Origin: an uncultured Lachnospiraceae bacterium | GTDB lineage: Bacteria > Bacillota > Clostridia > Lachnospirales > Lachnospiraceae | Reading direction: 5' to 3' | NCBI GenBank assembly: GCA_910584325.1 | Contig: CAJTZH010000001.1 | Span: 12,328 to 76,327, forward strand | Length of the DNA stretch: 64,000 nucleotides | The notes under the pieces: generated by a model | What the model was told of the DNA's origin: nothing | The model's input: only the letters and a program-made list of their open reading frames with translations | Database searches by the model: none | Program-made: the position numbers and the translations under genes | Shown: in pieces, positions 55,667 to 64,000 of the stretch | Layout: each line of letters starts with the position of its first letter | Position numbering within the stretch: position 1 is the stretch's first letter

Positions 55667-57748
55667 CTATTCCACTGCCACGCTATTTATCCTAAAGCTC
55701 AATTCTCTCCCTGAAGTTGCATTTTCATATTCCATGGAATCTCCTAAAAAAGAAAGTTCCGCCTCACCGTCAACAAAATCAACCGGTATTGTAATTATCT
55801 GTGTTTCATTGGTGATATTATATGAATTGATGTTATTCTCTGCCTGAACTGTCAGTTTCATATTTTCTTTATAGGAATGAAGTTCAATTTTTACAGTAGC
55901 GGTTCTATCCTCACTCAAGCTGTATATTTTAATAATACTTTCCGGTTCTGACCATCTCCATGTAATATTCTCATATCGTTCTTCTGCGTAGAAGCCATCT
56001 CCATACACCACCATCAAATCATCAGACATATTTATCTCGTAATCCCTGATATCAAAATAATACATGGTTTCATCTTCTGATACAAGACTTACATCTCCCA
56101 GTTTTTCTTGCAAATCCTGTATGATGTGCTGTCTTGATTCCTCAAGCATCGTTAAGTCTACATAAATACCCGAATATCCGACTTGCTTGGCAAAAAACAA
56201 TATCTGTTCCGCCGAATCCGTATCAAATTTTTCTCTATATGCAGTATCCGCATCCGTTCCTACTAATGTTCCATAGCTCCACCCCCCCAAATTTGAGGAT
56301 TGCAACAGATATCCCTTAAAATGGTAATCACAATTATCCGTAATTCCATTTATATAATTCTCTAATCCCGTGACATATGGCAATTGAAGAATATTATCTC
56401 CTTCACCTGTAAATTGCTGAATATCCACAATGAACTTCTTGTCCGCATCATACTTTGAAGCATTATCCCGATAGTCTGGCAATATACTCCATGGTGACAA
56501 ATCAATGAAATGAACTACGGTCAAAATATACAATAAATAAATCCATCTTTTATTTTTTGTATACAAATTCTCAAACAAAAAACATACTGCTACTATTAAA
56601 AAAGCAAGAACATACGGAAAAACTCTGGTATATGTCCTAATTTTACTGGTGACAAGAAATGCTACTATCAATCCGACACCACCAACTGTTCCCAAAAAAA
56701 TAGTTGCAAAATTCATTTTTATAAACAAATCCTGCTTCGAATCCTTCTCTCTTTTAAATAAAATATAGTACACTGTATATCCCAATCCGATAAAACCTAT
56801 CAGACCCGCATAATTACATATTTGTTCCCCTGATGGCAGTCCCTGCACAGAAGTATATATATCGGTAAACATTGATAATAAATTGCAACTACCCTTCAAC
56901 GGCAAAAATAAACTTACCAATTGAAACCCTACTCCATATGCTTCATATGGACTTCTTGATGCAGCATGCTCGTTTGCCCCATGTTTAAGCGAATATATAA
57001 TTGAAGGAGCGAGACAAATCAATATCATCAATGTAATGCCTATGATTATACCCAGTCCTACAGCCAATGTTTTCCAATGTTTTTTAATTATTGAATCAAC
57101 AAGCATGACACATATCAAAAAACAACCGAAAAACGCATAATATATGTCCGTACATCCCACTAGCACACAAATAATAATAATTTCCAATATCTTTTTAAGT
57201 GAATAACTTTCCTCATATTTCCCAGATGCCATATTATAGCACAAAACAATAATAAGAGGTATAACAAAATATGATGTTGCCGTAATATGGATCGTAGCTC
57301 TATATATATGATACTGGCTGAATGCAAATACAATCCCGCCTAAATAAGATATAACATTGTTTTTCATTCCTATTTTTCTGCACATGTAAAAAAATGTACA
57401 AACAGATAAAATATATGTCATAAAATAATATGAATTTACTGCTATAACCCAGTTGTTCGTAAATAATCCAATTATTTTACACCATACAATATAAAACTGC
57501 ATAAGAAGTGGAAAATAATACAATTCCATACCATATGGTGCTCCAAGACTGGAATTAAAAAAATAAGAACCGCCATTCATAGCATTTTTTGCTATCACAC
57601 CATAAAAAAAATCGTCTTTACCATTATATACATATGGCTTTGTAATATCAAATTCCCATAATTTAAAAAATATAATAAAAAATAAAATGGATATGAAACC
57701 CCACATAATATATTTCACACTATGATTTTTTAAATCAATCTTATTCAT
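55667..57748 (-). CDS. Large polytopic membrane protein with a C-terminal beta-rich domain (GT-C-like candidate), paralog B
   Basis: 693 aa. KPYVYNGKDDFFYGVIAKNAMNG; shares long identical blocks with paralog A (e.g. RTYTRVFPY, ILQLPYVTGLENYI, ERYENITWRWS). Confidence 0.6.
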   Translation of the reverse strand: MNKIDLKNHSVKYIMWGFISILFFIIFFKLWEFDITKPYVYNGKDDFFYGVIAKNAMNGGSYFFNSSLGAPYGMELYYFPLLMQFYIVWCKIIGLFTNNWVIAVNSYYFMTYILSVCTFFYMCRKIGMKNNVISYLGGIVFAFSQYHIYRATIHITATSYFVIPLIIVLCYNMASGKYEESYSLKKILEIIIICVLVGCTDIYYAFFGCFLICVMLVDSIIKKHWKTLAVGLGIIIGITLMILICLAPSIIYSLKHGANEHAASRSPYEAYGVGFQLVSLFLPLKGSCNLLSMFTDIYTSVQGLPSGEQICNYAGLIGFIGLGYTVYYILFKREKDSKQDLFIKMNFATIFLGTVGGVGLIVAFLVTSKIRTYTRVFPYVLAFLIVAVCFLFENLYTKNKRWIYLLYILTVVHFIDLSPWSILPDYRDNASKYDADKKFIVDIQQFTGEGDNILQLPYVTGLENYINGITDNCDYHFKGYLLQSSNLGGWSYGTLVGTDADTAYREKFDTDSAEQILFFAKQVGYSGIYVDLTMLEESRQHIIQDLQEKLGDVSLVSEDETMYYFDIRDYEINMSDDLMVVYGDGFYAEERYENITWRWSEPESIIKIYSLSEDRTATVKIELHSYKENMKLTVQAENNINSYNITNETQIITIPVDFVDGEAELSFLGDSMEYENATSGRELSFRINSVAVE

Positions 57749-57832
57749 ATTTACACTCCTATATATTCAACTATTTTTCCACCAGAAATTGTAAAATAAA
57801 TATATCGCCCTAACTTTTTTAAAGACATTCGT

Positions 57833-58732
57833 TCAATACGCTGATTTTAAAATAATCTCTACAATTTCTGGTTCATTAAAAATTCGCAGTGGAACAACAC
57901 TATTTCCCAGCCCCCTGCTCACAATCATGGTTGTATCCTTTTTTATATATTTGCCTTTAACATACTTAGGCAATAAGCCTTGATCCGGCGCAATTACTCC
58001 GCCTAATCCAGGTATAATCCACTGACCACCATGTGCATGTCCAGCCAAAACCAAGTTAAATCCCGACTCTACATAATATTCAAAAAATTCCGGCCGATGT
58101 GTCAACAAAATTGAGAACCTATTTTTTTCAACCTTGATTTTACTTAACTTTTGTATAAATTCATAATGTGGTGTTTTATATTTTGCCGGTATGTTTTCTC
58201 CATAAAATACATATGGATCATCAATCCCATAAACAAACATTATACTTTCTGCTCTGGTTATATTCACCCTCTCCCCATGTAATACTTTTATTTTTCTTTT
58301 TTCGATTTCTAAAATTACGTTCCTACACTCATCATGCATATACTCATGATTTCCCGTAACGTAATATACATTATATTTTTCAATAAAATCTAAAAAACCC
58401 ATTATTTTCCCCCAATATTTCAAATGTAAATTATCTATAATATCTCCTGTAATTACTACCATATCTGGTTTTTCATTTTCTAAAATTCTTTCTATTCTGT
58501 CCAATTTATCAAACGGTAAATCACCATGCAGATCAGATATTTGAATTATCTTATAACCATCGAAATTTAATCCTATAGAACTATTCGCACAGATATACTG
58601 CGTTATTTTTACATTGTGGTTTTGATATAATAAATACAAAATAACAACTCCAAATATCAGCAAATATATCATTACCATTATTCCTCCCAAAATAAAAGCC
58701 AAAGAAATTTTTGTTTTCTTCAGCTCTTCCAT
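57833..58732 (-). CDS. Membrane-anchored metallophosphoesterase (YkuE-like)
   Basis: N-terminal TM; ISDLHG, GDIID, GNHEY, GHAHGG motifs. Confidence 0.85.
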   Translation of the reverse strand: MEELKKTKISLAFILGGIMVMIYLLIFGVVILYLLYQNHNVKITQYICANSSIGLNFDGYKIIQISDLHGDLPFDKLDRIERILENEKPDMVVITGDIIDNLHLKYWGKIMGFLDFIEKYNVYYVTGNHEYMHDECRNVILEIEKRKIKVLHGERVNITRAESIMFVYGIDDPYVFYGENIPAKYKTPHYEFIQKLSKIKVEKNRFSILLTHRPEFFEYYVESGFNLVLAGHAHGGQWIIPGLGGVIAPDQGLLPKYVKGKYIKKDTTMIVSRGLGNSVVPLRIFNEPEIVEIILKSAY

Positions 58733-58734
58733 AA

Positions 58735-59676
58735 TTAAATCTTACTAAAATACTCAATTGTAGGCTTTAATCCTTCTCTCAATGGAATGCGTGGCTCCCA
58801 ACCGTCCAATTCCTTTTTTGCCAAGGAAATATCCGGTTTTCTCTGTAAGGGATCATCGCTCGGCAATGGACAATATGTTAATATAGATTTTGAATTTGTC
58901 ATTTCTAAAATGATTTCAGCCAGACTTTTAATTGTAAACTCGCTAGGGTTCCCTAAATTTATCGGTCCTAAAAAATCATCCCGGCTTGACATCATCCTAA
59001 CAATGCCTTCTATAAGATCATCTACATAACAAAAACTTCTTGTTTGGGTACCATCCCCATACAAAGTAATATCTTCATCTTTTAATGCCTGTAAAATCAG
59101 ATTCGATACAACCCGTCCATCATTCGGATCCATTAATGGTCCATATGTATTAAAAATGCGTATAACCTTAATTCTAGTTCCAAATTCACGATTATAATCA
59201 AAACATAATGTTTCTGCTACCCTTTTACCTTCATCATAGCAGGAACGAATTCCAATCGGATTAACATTTCCCCTATATGATTCAACCTGTGGATGAACAA
59301 ATGGATCCCCATAAACCTCACTTGTAGAAAACTGCATAATTTTAGCATGATACTTTGTTGCCAACTCCAACATATTTATGATTCCAATCACACATGTTTT
59401 TGTCGTATATGTCGGATATTTCTGATAATGAGGCGGACTTGCCGGACAAGCAAGATTATAAATTTCCTCAACAGGTATATCCAATGGCTGAATAATATTA
59501 TGGTTTACAAATTCGAATCGTGGATTATTGATAATGCTTTCTAAATTACTTAATCTGCCTGTATATAAATTATCCACGCAAATTACATAATTATTCTTAT
59601 CCTGCAATAATCTTTTACATAAATGTGCACCAACAAAACCCGCCCCACCAGTTACAAGTATTTTTTTCATTTCCAT
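58735..59676 (-). CDS. UDP-glucuronate decarboxylase (UDP-xylose synthase-like SDR)
   Basis: [31 protein letters not shown]. Adjacent to ugd. Confidence 0.8.
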   Translation of the reverse strand: MEMKKILVTGGAGFVGAHLCKRLLQDKNNYVICVDNLYTGRLSNLESIINNPRFEFVNHNIIQPLDIPVEEIYNLACPASPPHYQKYPTYTTKTCVIGIINMLELATKYHAKIMQFSTSEVYGDPFVHPQVESYRGNVNPIGIRSCYDEGKRVAETLCFDYNREFGTRIKVIRIFNTYGPLMDPNDGRVVSNLILQALKDEDITLYGDGTQTRSFCYVDDLIEGIVRMMSSRDDFLGPINLGNPSEFTIKSLAEIILEMTNSKSILTYCPLPSDDPLQRKPDISLAKKELDGWEPRIPLREGLKPTIEYFSKI

Positions 59677-59688
59677 TACCTCTAAAAT

Positions 59689-61020
59689 TTAATTCTTCCC
59701 TACACCTATCTGATAATATTCAAATCCCATCTCATTCAACCTGCTTTCATCATATTGATTTCTTCCATCAAAAATAATCGGATTTTTAAGTCTCTTCTTA
59801 ATTTCAGTAAAATCCGGTGCCTTAAATTCCTTCCACTCAGTTACCAAAATCATTGCATCAGAATCAACCAACGTGGTATATTTGCTTTCACAATACTCTA
59901 CACTATTATTTCCTTTAAGATAACACTTTTTTGCTTCTTTTACAGCCTTAGGGTCATATGCCTTAACTTTTGCACCTCGCTCTGTCAACTCGTTTATTAT
60001 GGTAATCGCTGCTGCTTGGCGCATATCATCTGTGTCTGGCTTAAATGCCAATCCCCATACACCAAAAGTCATTCCTGTTAAGTCTTCTCCAAATCTTGCA
60101 ATTACCTTTTTCGGAATAATTTTCTTCTGCTCATCATTAACCGCTTCTACCGCATTTAATATTTTTGTTTCATATCCAAAATCTTTGCTCGTCTTAATTA
60201 ACGCCTGAACATCTTTAGGGAAGCAGCTTCCCCCATATCCACATCCTGCATAAATAAAATGAAATCCAATTCTCTTATCACTGCCTATACCCATTCTGAC
60301 TTTATTCACATCTGCACCGACACATTCACAGATATTTGATATCTCATTCATGAAAGAAATTTTGGTTGCTAACATCGCATTTGCAGTATATTTCGTCATT
60401 TCTGCACTTGCTATATCCATATATATAATTGTTTCAGTATTGCGTACTAATGGTAAATACAACTCTTTCATTATCTTAGCCGCTTTATCATTATCTGTAC
60501 CAATGACAATCCTATCAGGTCTTGAGCAATCTGAAACCGCCGTACCTTCCTTTAAAAATTCTGGATTGGAAATCACATCAAATGTTAAATCACTTTTTCT
60601 ATTATCTAATTCTTTTTGAATTTCTTCACGCACTTTCTTAGCCGTTCCAACTGGAACCGTTGATTTATCAATAATATACATATGATGAATCATATATTTG
60701 CCAATACTTTTCGCAACACCAAGCACATACTGTAAATCGGCACTTCCATCTTCCCCCATAGGTGTACCAACTGCAATAAAGCAAATGTTTGAAACCGATA
60801 ACGCCTCTTCAATATCAATTGTAAATTTTAATCTTCCCGCTTCATAATTATTTTTTACCATACCTTCAAGTCCAGGTTCATAAATCGGTATTATTCCATT
60901 CTTTAAATCGCTGATTTTTTTTTCATCAACATCCACACAATACACATCATTACCATAATCTGCAAGGCATGTCCCTGTAACTAACCCAACATAGCCTGTC
61001 CCAACAACTGCTATTTTCAT
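59689..61020 (-). CDS. ugd: UDP-glucose 6-dehydrogenase
   Basis: MKIAVVGTGYVGLV, GGSCFPKD (catalytic Cys), GLAFKPDTDD. Confidence 0.93.
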   Translation of the reverse strand: MKIAVVGTGYVGLVTGTCLADYGNDVYCVDVDEKKISDLKNGIIPIYEPGLEGMVKNNYEAGRLKFTIDIEEALSVSNICFIAVGTPMGEDGSADLQYVLGVAKSIGKYMIHHMYIIDKSTVPVGTAKKVREEIQKELDNRKSDLTFDVISNPEFLKEGTAVSDCSRPDRIVIGTDNDKAAKIMKELYLPLVRNTETIIYMDIASAEMTKYTANAMLATKISFMNEISNICECVGADVNKVRMGIGSDKRIGFHFIYAGCGYGGSCFPKDVQALIKTSKDFGYETKILNAVEAVNDEQKKIIPKKVIARFGEDLTGMTFGVWGLAFKPDTDDMRQAAAITIINELTERGAKVKAYDPKAVKEAKKCYLKGNNSVEYCESKYTTLVDSDAMILVTEWKEFKAPDFTEIKKRLKNPIIFDGRNQYDESRLNEMGFEYYQIGVGKN

Positions 61021-61037
61021 ATTCTATATCTCCTGTT

Positions 61038-61457
61038 TTAATTCTTATAAATTACAAACTTTCTTATTAAAAAGTTCCAAATAAATACAATCCCTGTGGC
61101 AACAACCTTGGCACAAGTCATTAACAGATCTGACCTCATCCCCAAAACCGATACAAAAATGTACATTAACCCCATATTAAAAACAAGACCTATCGCACTA
61201 ACTCCAAAAATGGCTATTATCTCTTTAAAAACTTTCCCTTTAAATGTTTTATTATCCCTAAAAGTAAATATTTTGCCTAAAACCATATTAGCCGTCGTTG
61301 AAAACACAAAAGCAAGCACAGTAGCCAACATATAGTCAAAACTTACCACCGTTGCAAATAACCAAAACATAATCCATTCAACTACTGCTGCAATACCACC
61401 AACAAAAAAATAGGAAATAAACTGCTTTAGGTTTTCCCCCGAAAGTAATTTTATCAT
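61038..61457 (-). CDS. GtrA-family membrane protein
   Basis: 139 aa, four TM segments. Stop/start overlap with the upstream GT2. Confidence 0.8.
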   Translation of the reverse strand: MIKLLSGENLKQFISYFFVGGIAAVVEWIMFWLFATVVSFDYMLATVLAFVFSTTANMVLGKIFTFRDNKTFKGKVFKEIIAIFGVSAIGLVFNMGLMYIFVSVLGMRSDLLMTCAKVVATGIVFIWNFLIRKFVIYKN

Positions 61458-62152
61458 TTTCTATATCTCCAAATACAGTAAATTGCCCTTAATCCATCCT
61501 TAAAACCTATTTTCTTTCCTTCTTCATTTGTTCTTGGATAATAAGAAATCGGCACTTCCATAACTCGAACTTTCAATCTGGCAACTTTTGCAGTGATTTC
61601 CGGCTCAAATCCAAACCTCTGTTCTTGAATATCCACTGATTGTATTATCTCACGCTTAAATGCCTTATAACATGTCTCCATGTCAGTAAGCCTCAAATGC
61701 GTAAAAATATTCGACAATTTAGTTAAGAATAAATTTGCCATTCTATTTGCAAAATATCCTTTCCTTTTTTGACCTAAAAACCTCGAACCATACACAACAT
61801 CTGCCTCATTATTAAATATTGGATTTACCACCTTTGGATATTCATTAGGGTCATATTCCAAATCAGCATCCTGTATAATGACAACATCACCTGTAGCAGC
61901 CTTAAATCCCGTTCTTAATGCTGCCCCCTTACCACCATTTACATCATGGTAAATTATTTTACTTACTAATGGCTTAACCTGATTTTCAAGAATTTCTCTT
62001 GTCCCATCTTTAGACATATCATCAACAACAATGATTTCCTTATTTTCAATGGGTGATTCCAAGACCCTCTTCACTAGATTCAAAATATTATCCTTTTCAT
62101 TATAACATGGTATTACAATCGATAAAACTTTTGTATTCATATTATTCTCCAC
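61454..62152 (-). CDS. GT2 glycosyltransferase (Dpm1/polyprenyl-phosphate sugar synthase-like, soluble form)
   Basis: IVIPCYNEKDN, VVDDMSKDGT, IQDADLEYDP. Confidence 0.8.
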   Translation of the reverse strand: MENNMNTKVLSIVIPCYNEKDNILNLVKRVLESPIENKEIIVVDDMSKDGTREILENQVKPLVSKIIYHDVNGGKGAALRTGFKAATGDVVIIQDADLEYDPNEYPKVVNPIFNNEADVVYGSRFLGQKRKGYFANRMANLFLTKLSNIFTHLRLTDMETCYKAFKREIIQSVDIQEQRFGFEPEITAKVARLKVRVMEVPISYYPRTNEEGKKIGFKDGLRAIYCIWRYRK

Positions 62153-62381
62153 ATTCTATTTAATATCTTCATTATAATCTATTGACCTATTTTTGCAACC
62201 TTTTTCTCGAATTATTTATTTTCTCCCATCCCAGTTTGTATATATGGGAGACCTAATTATTACATACTCTTCATACAGATACTGAATAACATTTCTATTA
62301 TCCGTATTTTTAAACTCTGCTATACATAACCCATTTTCAAATCTAAGCCATAAAACTTCTTCCCGTATAGTATTCCGTTCA

Positions 62382-63740
62382 TTAAGAAAAACATAAGTAT
62401 TCCTGTCTATACCCCCCGGCCCATGCCATTACATCTCCATCATACAATGCCTGCAATGCAAGAGAGTGTGTCGAATTAGGCACTATAGCAAAATTACACC
62501 CGTTCTCAATCATGGCATTATACTCCTGCTGCACAAGACTCTTTATTTCCTGAACAGAAATAATAACGTTCAAATTAGATGTTTTAAACTCGCTCTCTCG
62601 TCTCTTATAGTCAACATATTTTATAAATGCTGACATAAATACAGCTATTATTGCAAGTATAGAAACAATCTTTCTTACTTGCCTATTTGTTAAATACATT
62701 TCCATCTTCTTTTCAATTGATTCAAGTTTCGAGAGATATAGAGCCAATGCAATATTATACGGCACAAACAAAAACATTCTTGTAGCTGACCATAAAACAC
62801 AATCATGCTCACCGACTTTTGAAAATCCCAACGTTAAAAACAATCCTCCTATTGTTGAAATAACAGTAAGAGCAGAACCAACATTATCTGTTATAATCAA
62901 AAATACAATCAAGGCAATACATAAAACCAAGAACACCCATGCATTTTCAAACAATATCAAATTAGAAAAATATGTGGTAAACTCATGTATCCTGTTGATA
63001 AACAAATCAAAATCAAAGGAAAGTTCCGGCTTTCCCCATACTAAGAATTCCGGCCTTATTTCATAGAAAAGCATACATAATTTATTAACGCCGATCCCTG
63101 CCACTATTCCGATTAATGCCCATAAATGCTGCAAAAGATTTTTCCTATTCCACAAAATACAAATCAGCACGGGTAATATAATACATATAGCTGTTTCAGA
63201 CATCACGACACCAATGATTGAAAGAAATCCACCTAATATTTGTCTTCGCTTTTTATTACTTTTAATACACATTAATAATCCAGCCACTGTAAAACAGTAT
63301 CCCGGCATAAATGTTCTTGGTATAGATGTCAAAACGTCCATGTCTACAGAATAGAGCAAAAGAACCAAAAGTATCATCCAACCTTGAAAATACTTCTTTT
63401 CCGTAAAACAATACCTCATTATCACTGCAAAGGGAGTAATACCAATAATAAATGAGGAAATTGGCAATGCTATGTTTAATGGGACCTTGCAAATATATAT
63501 AGGAACTGCCACCAGTGATTCCAACATTGAACCATAATTCTGTCCCAGCCACATAGGCTCTCTAATCTGTCCATGGGAAAACAAAACAGTTCCAAGCCAC
63601 ATGACAATTTGATCTTCATCGGTATAAATAAAATTATATATGCATAAAAAGAAAATACGTCCACCCAAGTATAGACTACATCCTAGCAATAACAATAATT
63701 TTATTTTGCTCATTTTCTTAATTGATTCAATTCCTCCCAT
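62382..63740 (-). CDS. Polytopic membrane protein (GT-C/polymerase-like candidate), apparently truncated by a frameshift at a C6 tract
   Basis: Multi-TM. Start at ATG 63740 after AGGAG. The reading frame continues in another frame to 62216 (see findings). Confidence 0.55.
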   Translation of the reverse strand: MGGIESIKKMSKIKLLLLLGCSLYLGGRIFFLCIYNFIYTDEDQIVMWLGTVLFSHGQIREPMWLGQNYGSMLESLVAVPIYICKVPLNIALPISSFIIGITPFAVIMRYCFTEKKYFQGWMILLVLLLYSVDMDVLTSIPRTFMPGYCFTVAGLLMCIKSNKKRRQILGGFLSIIGVVMSETAICIILPVLICILWNRKNLLQHLWALIGIVAGIGVNKLCMLFYEIRPEFLVWGKPELSFDFDLFINRIHEFTTYFSNLILFENAWVFLVLCIALIVFLIITDNVGSALTVISTIGGLFLTLGFSKVGEHDCVLWSATRMFLFVPYNIALALYLSKLESIEKKMEMYLTNRQVRKIVSILAIIAVFMSAFIKYVDYKRRESEFKTSNLNVIISVQEIKSLVQQEYNAMIENGCNFAIVPNSTHSLALQALYDGDVMAWAGGYRQEYLCFS

Positions 63741-63782
63741 TTTCAAATTTCTCCTATTCTTTTGTTGCACAACTAAAATTTT

Positions 63783-64000
63783 TTATTTACTAACACCATT
63801 CAAGTATTGTCGAAAGTCACTATCCCACAATGTCTTAAATGACAAATCATGGTTTACAAAAACTGCCGGCAAATACGAAAAATATGTTGCTCCGTCTGCA
63901 TCTATATATGCTTTTTTAATGCCACCACAAAATAGAAGACTCATCATTCCTGATCATATAAAAATGACTATAATTCCTACACCTAATTTTTTCGTTCCCT
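63783..64000 (-). other. Partial reading frame at the window edge with an in-frame TGA (possible pseudogene or a 54-aa remnant ORF)
   Basis: Manual translation gives ...GTKKLGVGIIVIFI, TGA (63954-63956), then SGMMSLLFCGGIKKAYIDADGATYFSYLPAVFVNHDLSFKTLWDSDFRQYLNGVSK, with the stop at 63783-63785. Confidence 0.3.

Overview
The window reads as a Firmicutes/Clostridia chromosome segment, inferred from gene content and order, with almost everything on the minus strand. From 0 to 25 kb it is a conserved housekeeping and sporulation backbone: a partial radical SAM gene, GGDEF, ridA, ldh, a GH13 amylase, then ftsH-hpt-tilS-spoIIE-like, tRNA-Met, divIC-yabQ-yabP-yabO-like-spoVT-mfd-pth-glmU-like-galE-glmM. 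From 25 to 64 kb it is a large cell-envelope polysaccharide region. It carries nucleotide-sugar genes (two manC-type genes, gmd plus a reductase, glf, ugd, a UDP-xylose synthase), two GtrA/GT2 sets, two methyltransferases, six large polytopic membrane proteins (two of them tandem paralogs), secreted hydrolases with DUF4214 tails and an M6-type metalloprotease. Two accessory insertions interrupt it. The first (27.1-28.4 kb) is a tripartite toxin-antitoxin-chaperone module: a RelE/Gp49-like toxin, an XRE antitoxin and a SecB-like chaperone, with the toxin carrying an in-frame TAA. The second (29.6-31.9 kb) is a plus-strand island and the most interesting item. Two paralogous promoters each hold a near-consensus LexA (SOS) box in the spacer. 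They drive a Com-like zinc-ribbon gene, then a structured leader with a strong intrinsic terminator, then two proteins of unknown family and a stand-alone GH25 muramidase. No holin, integrase or phage structural gene is present. I found no CRISPR array, rRNA, transposase or integrase. All calls come from manual reading of the sequence and the ORF track; no database search was run.
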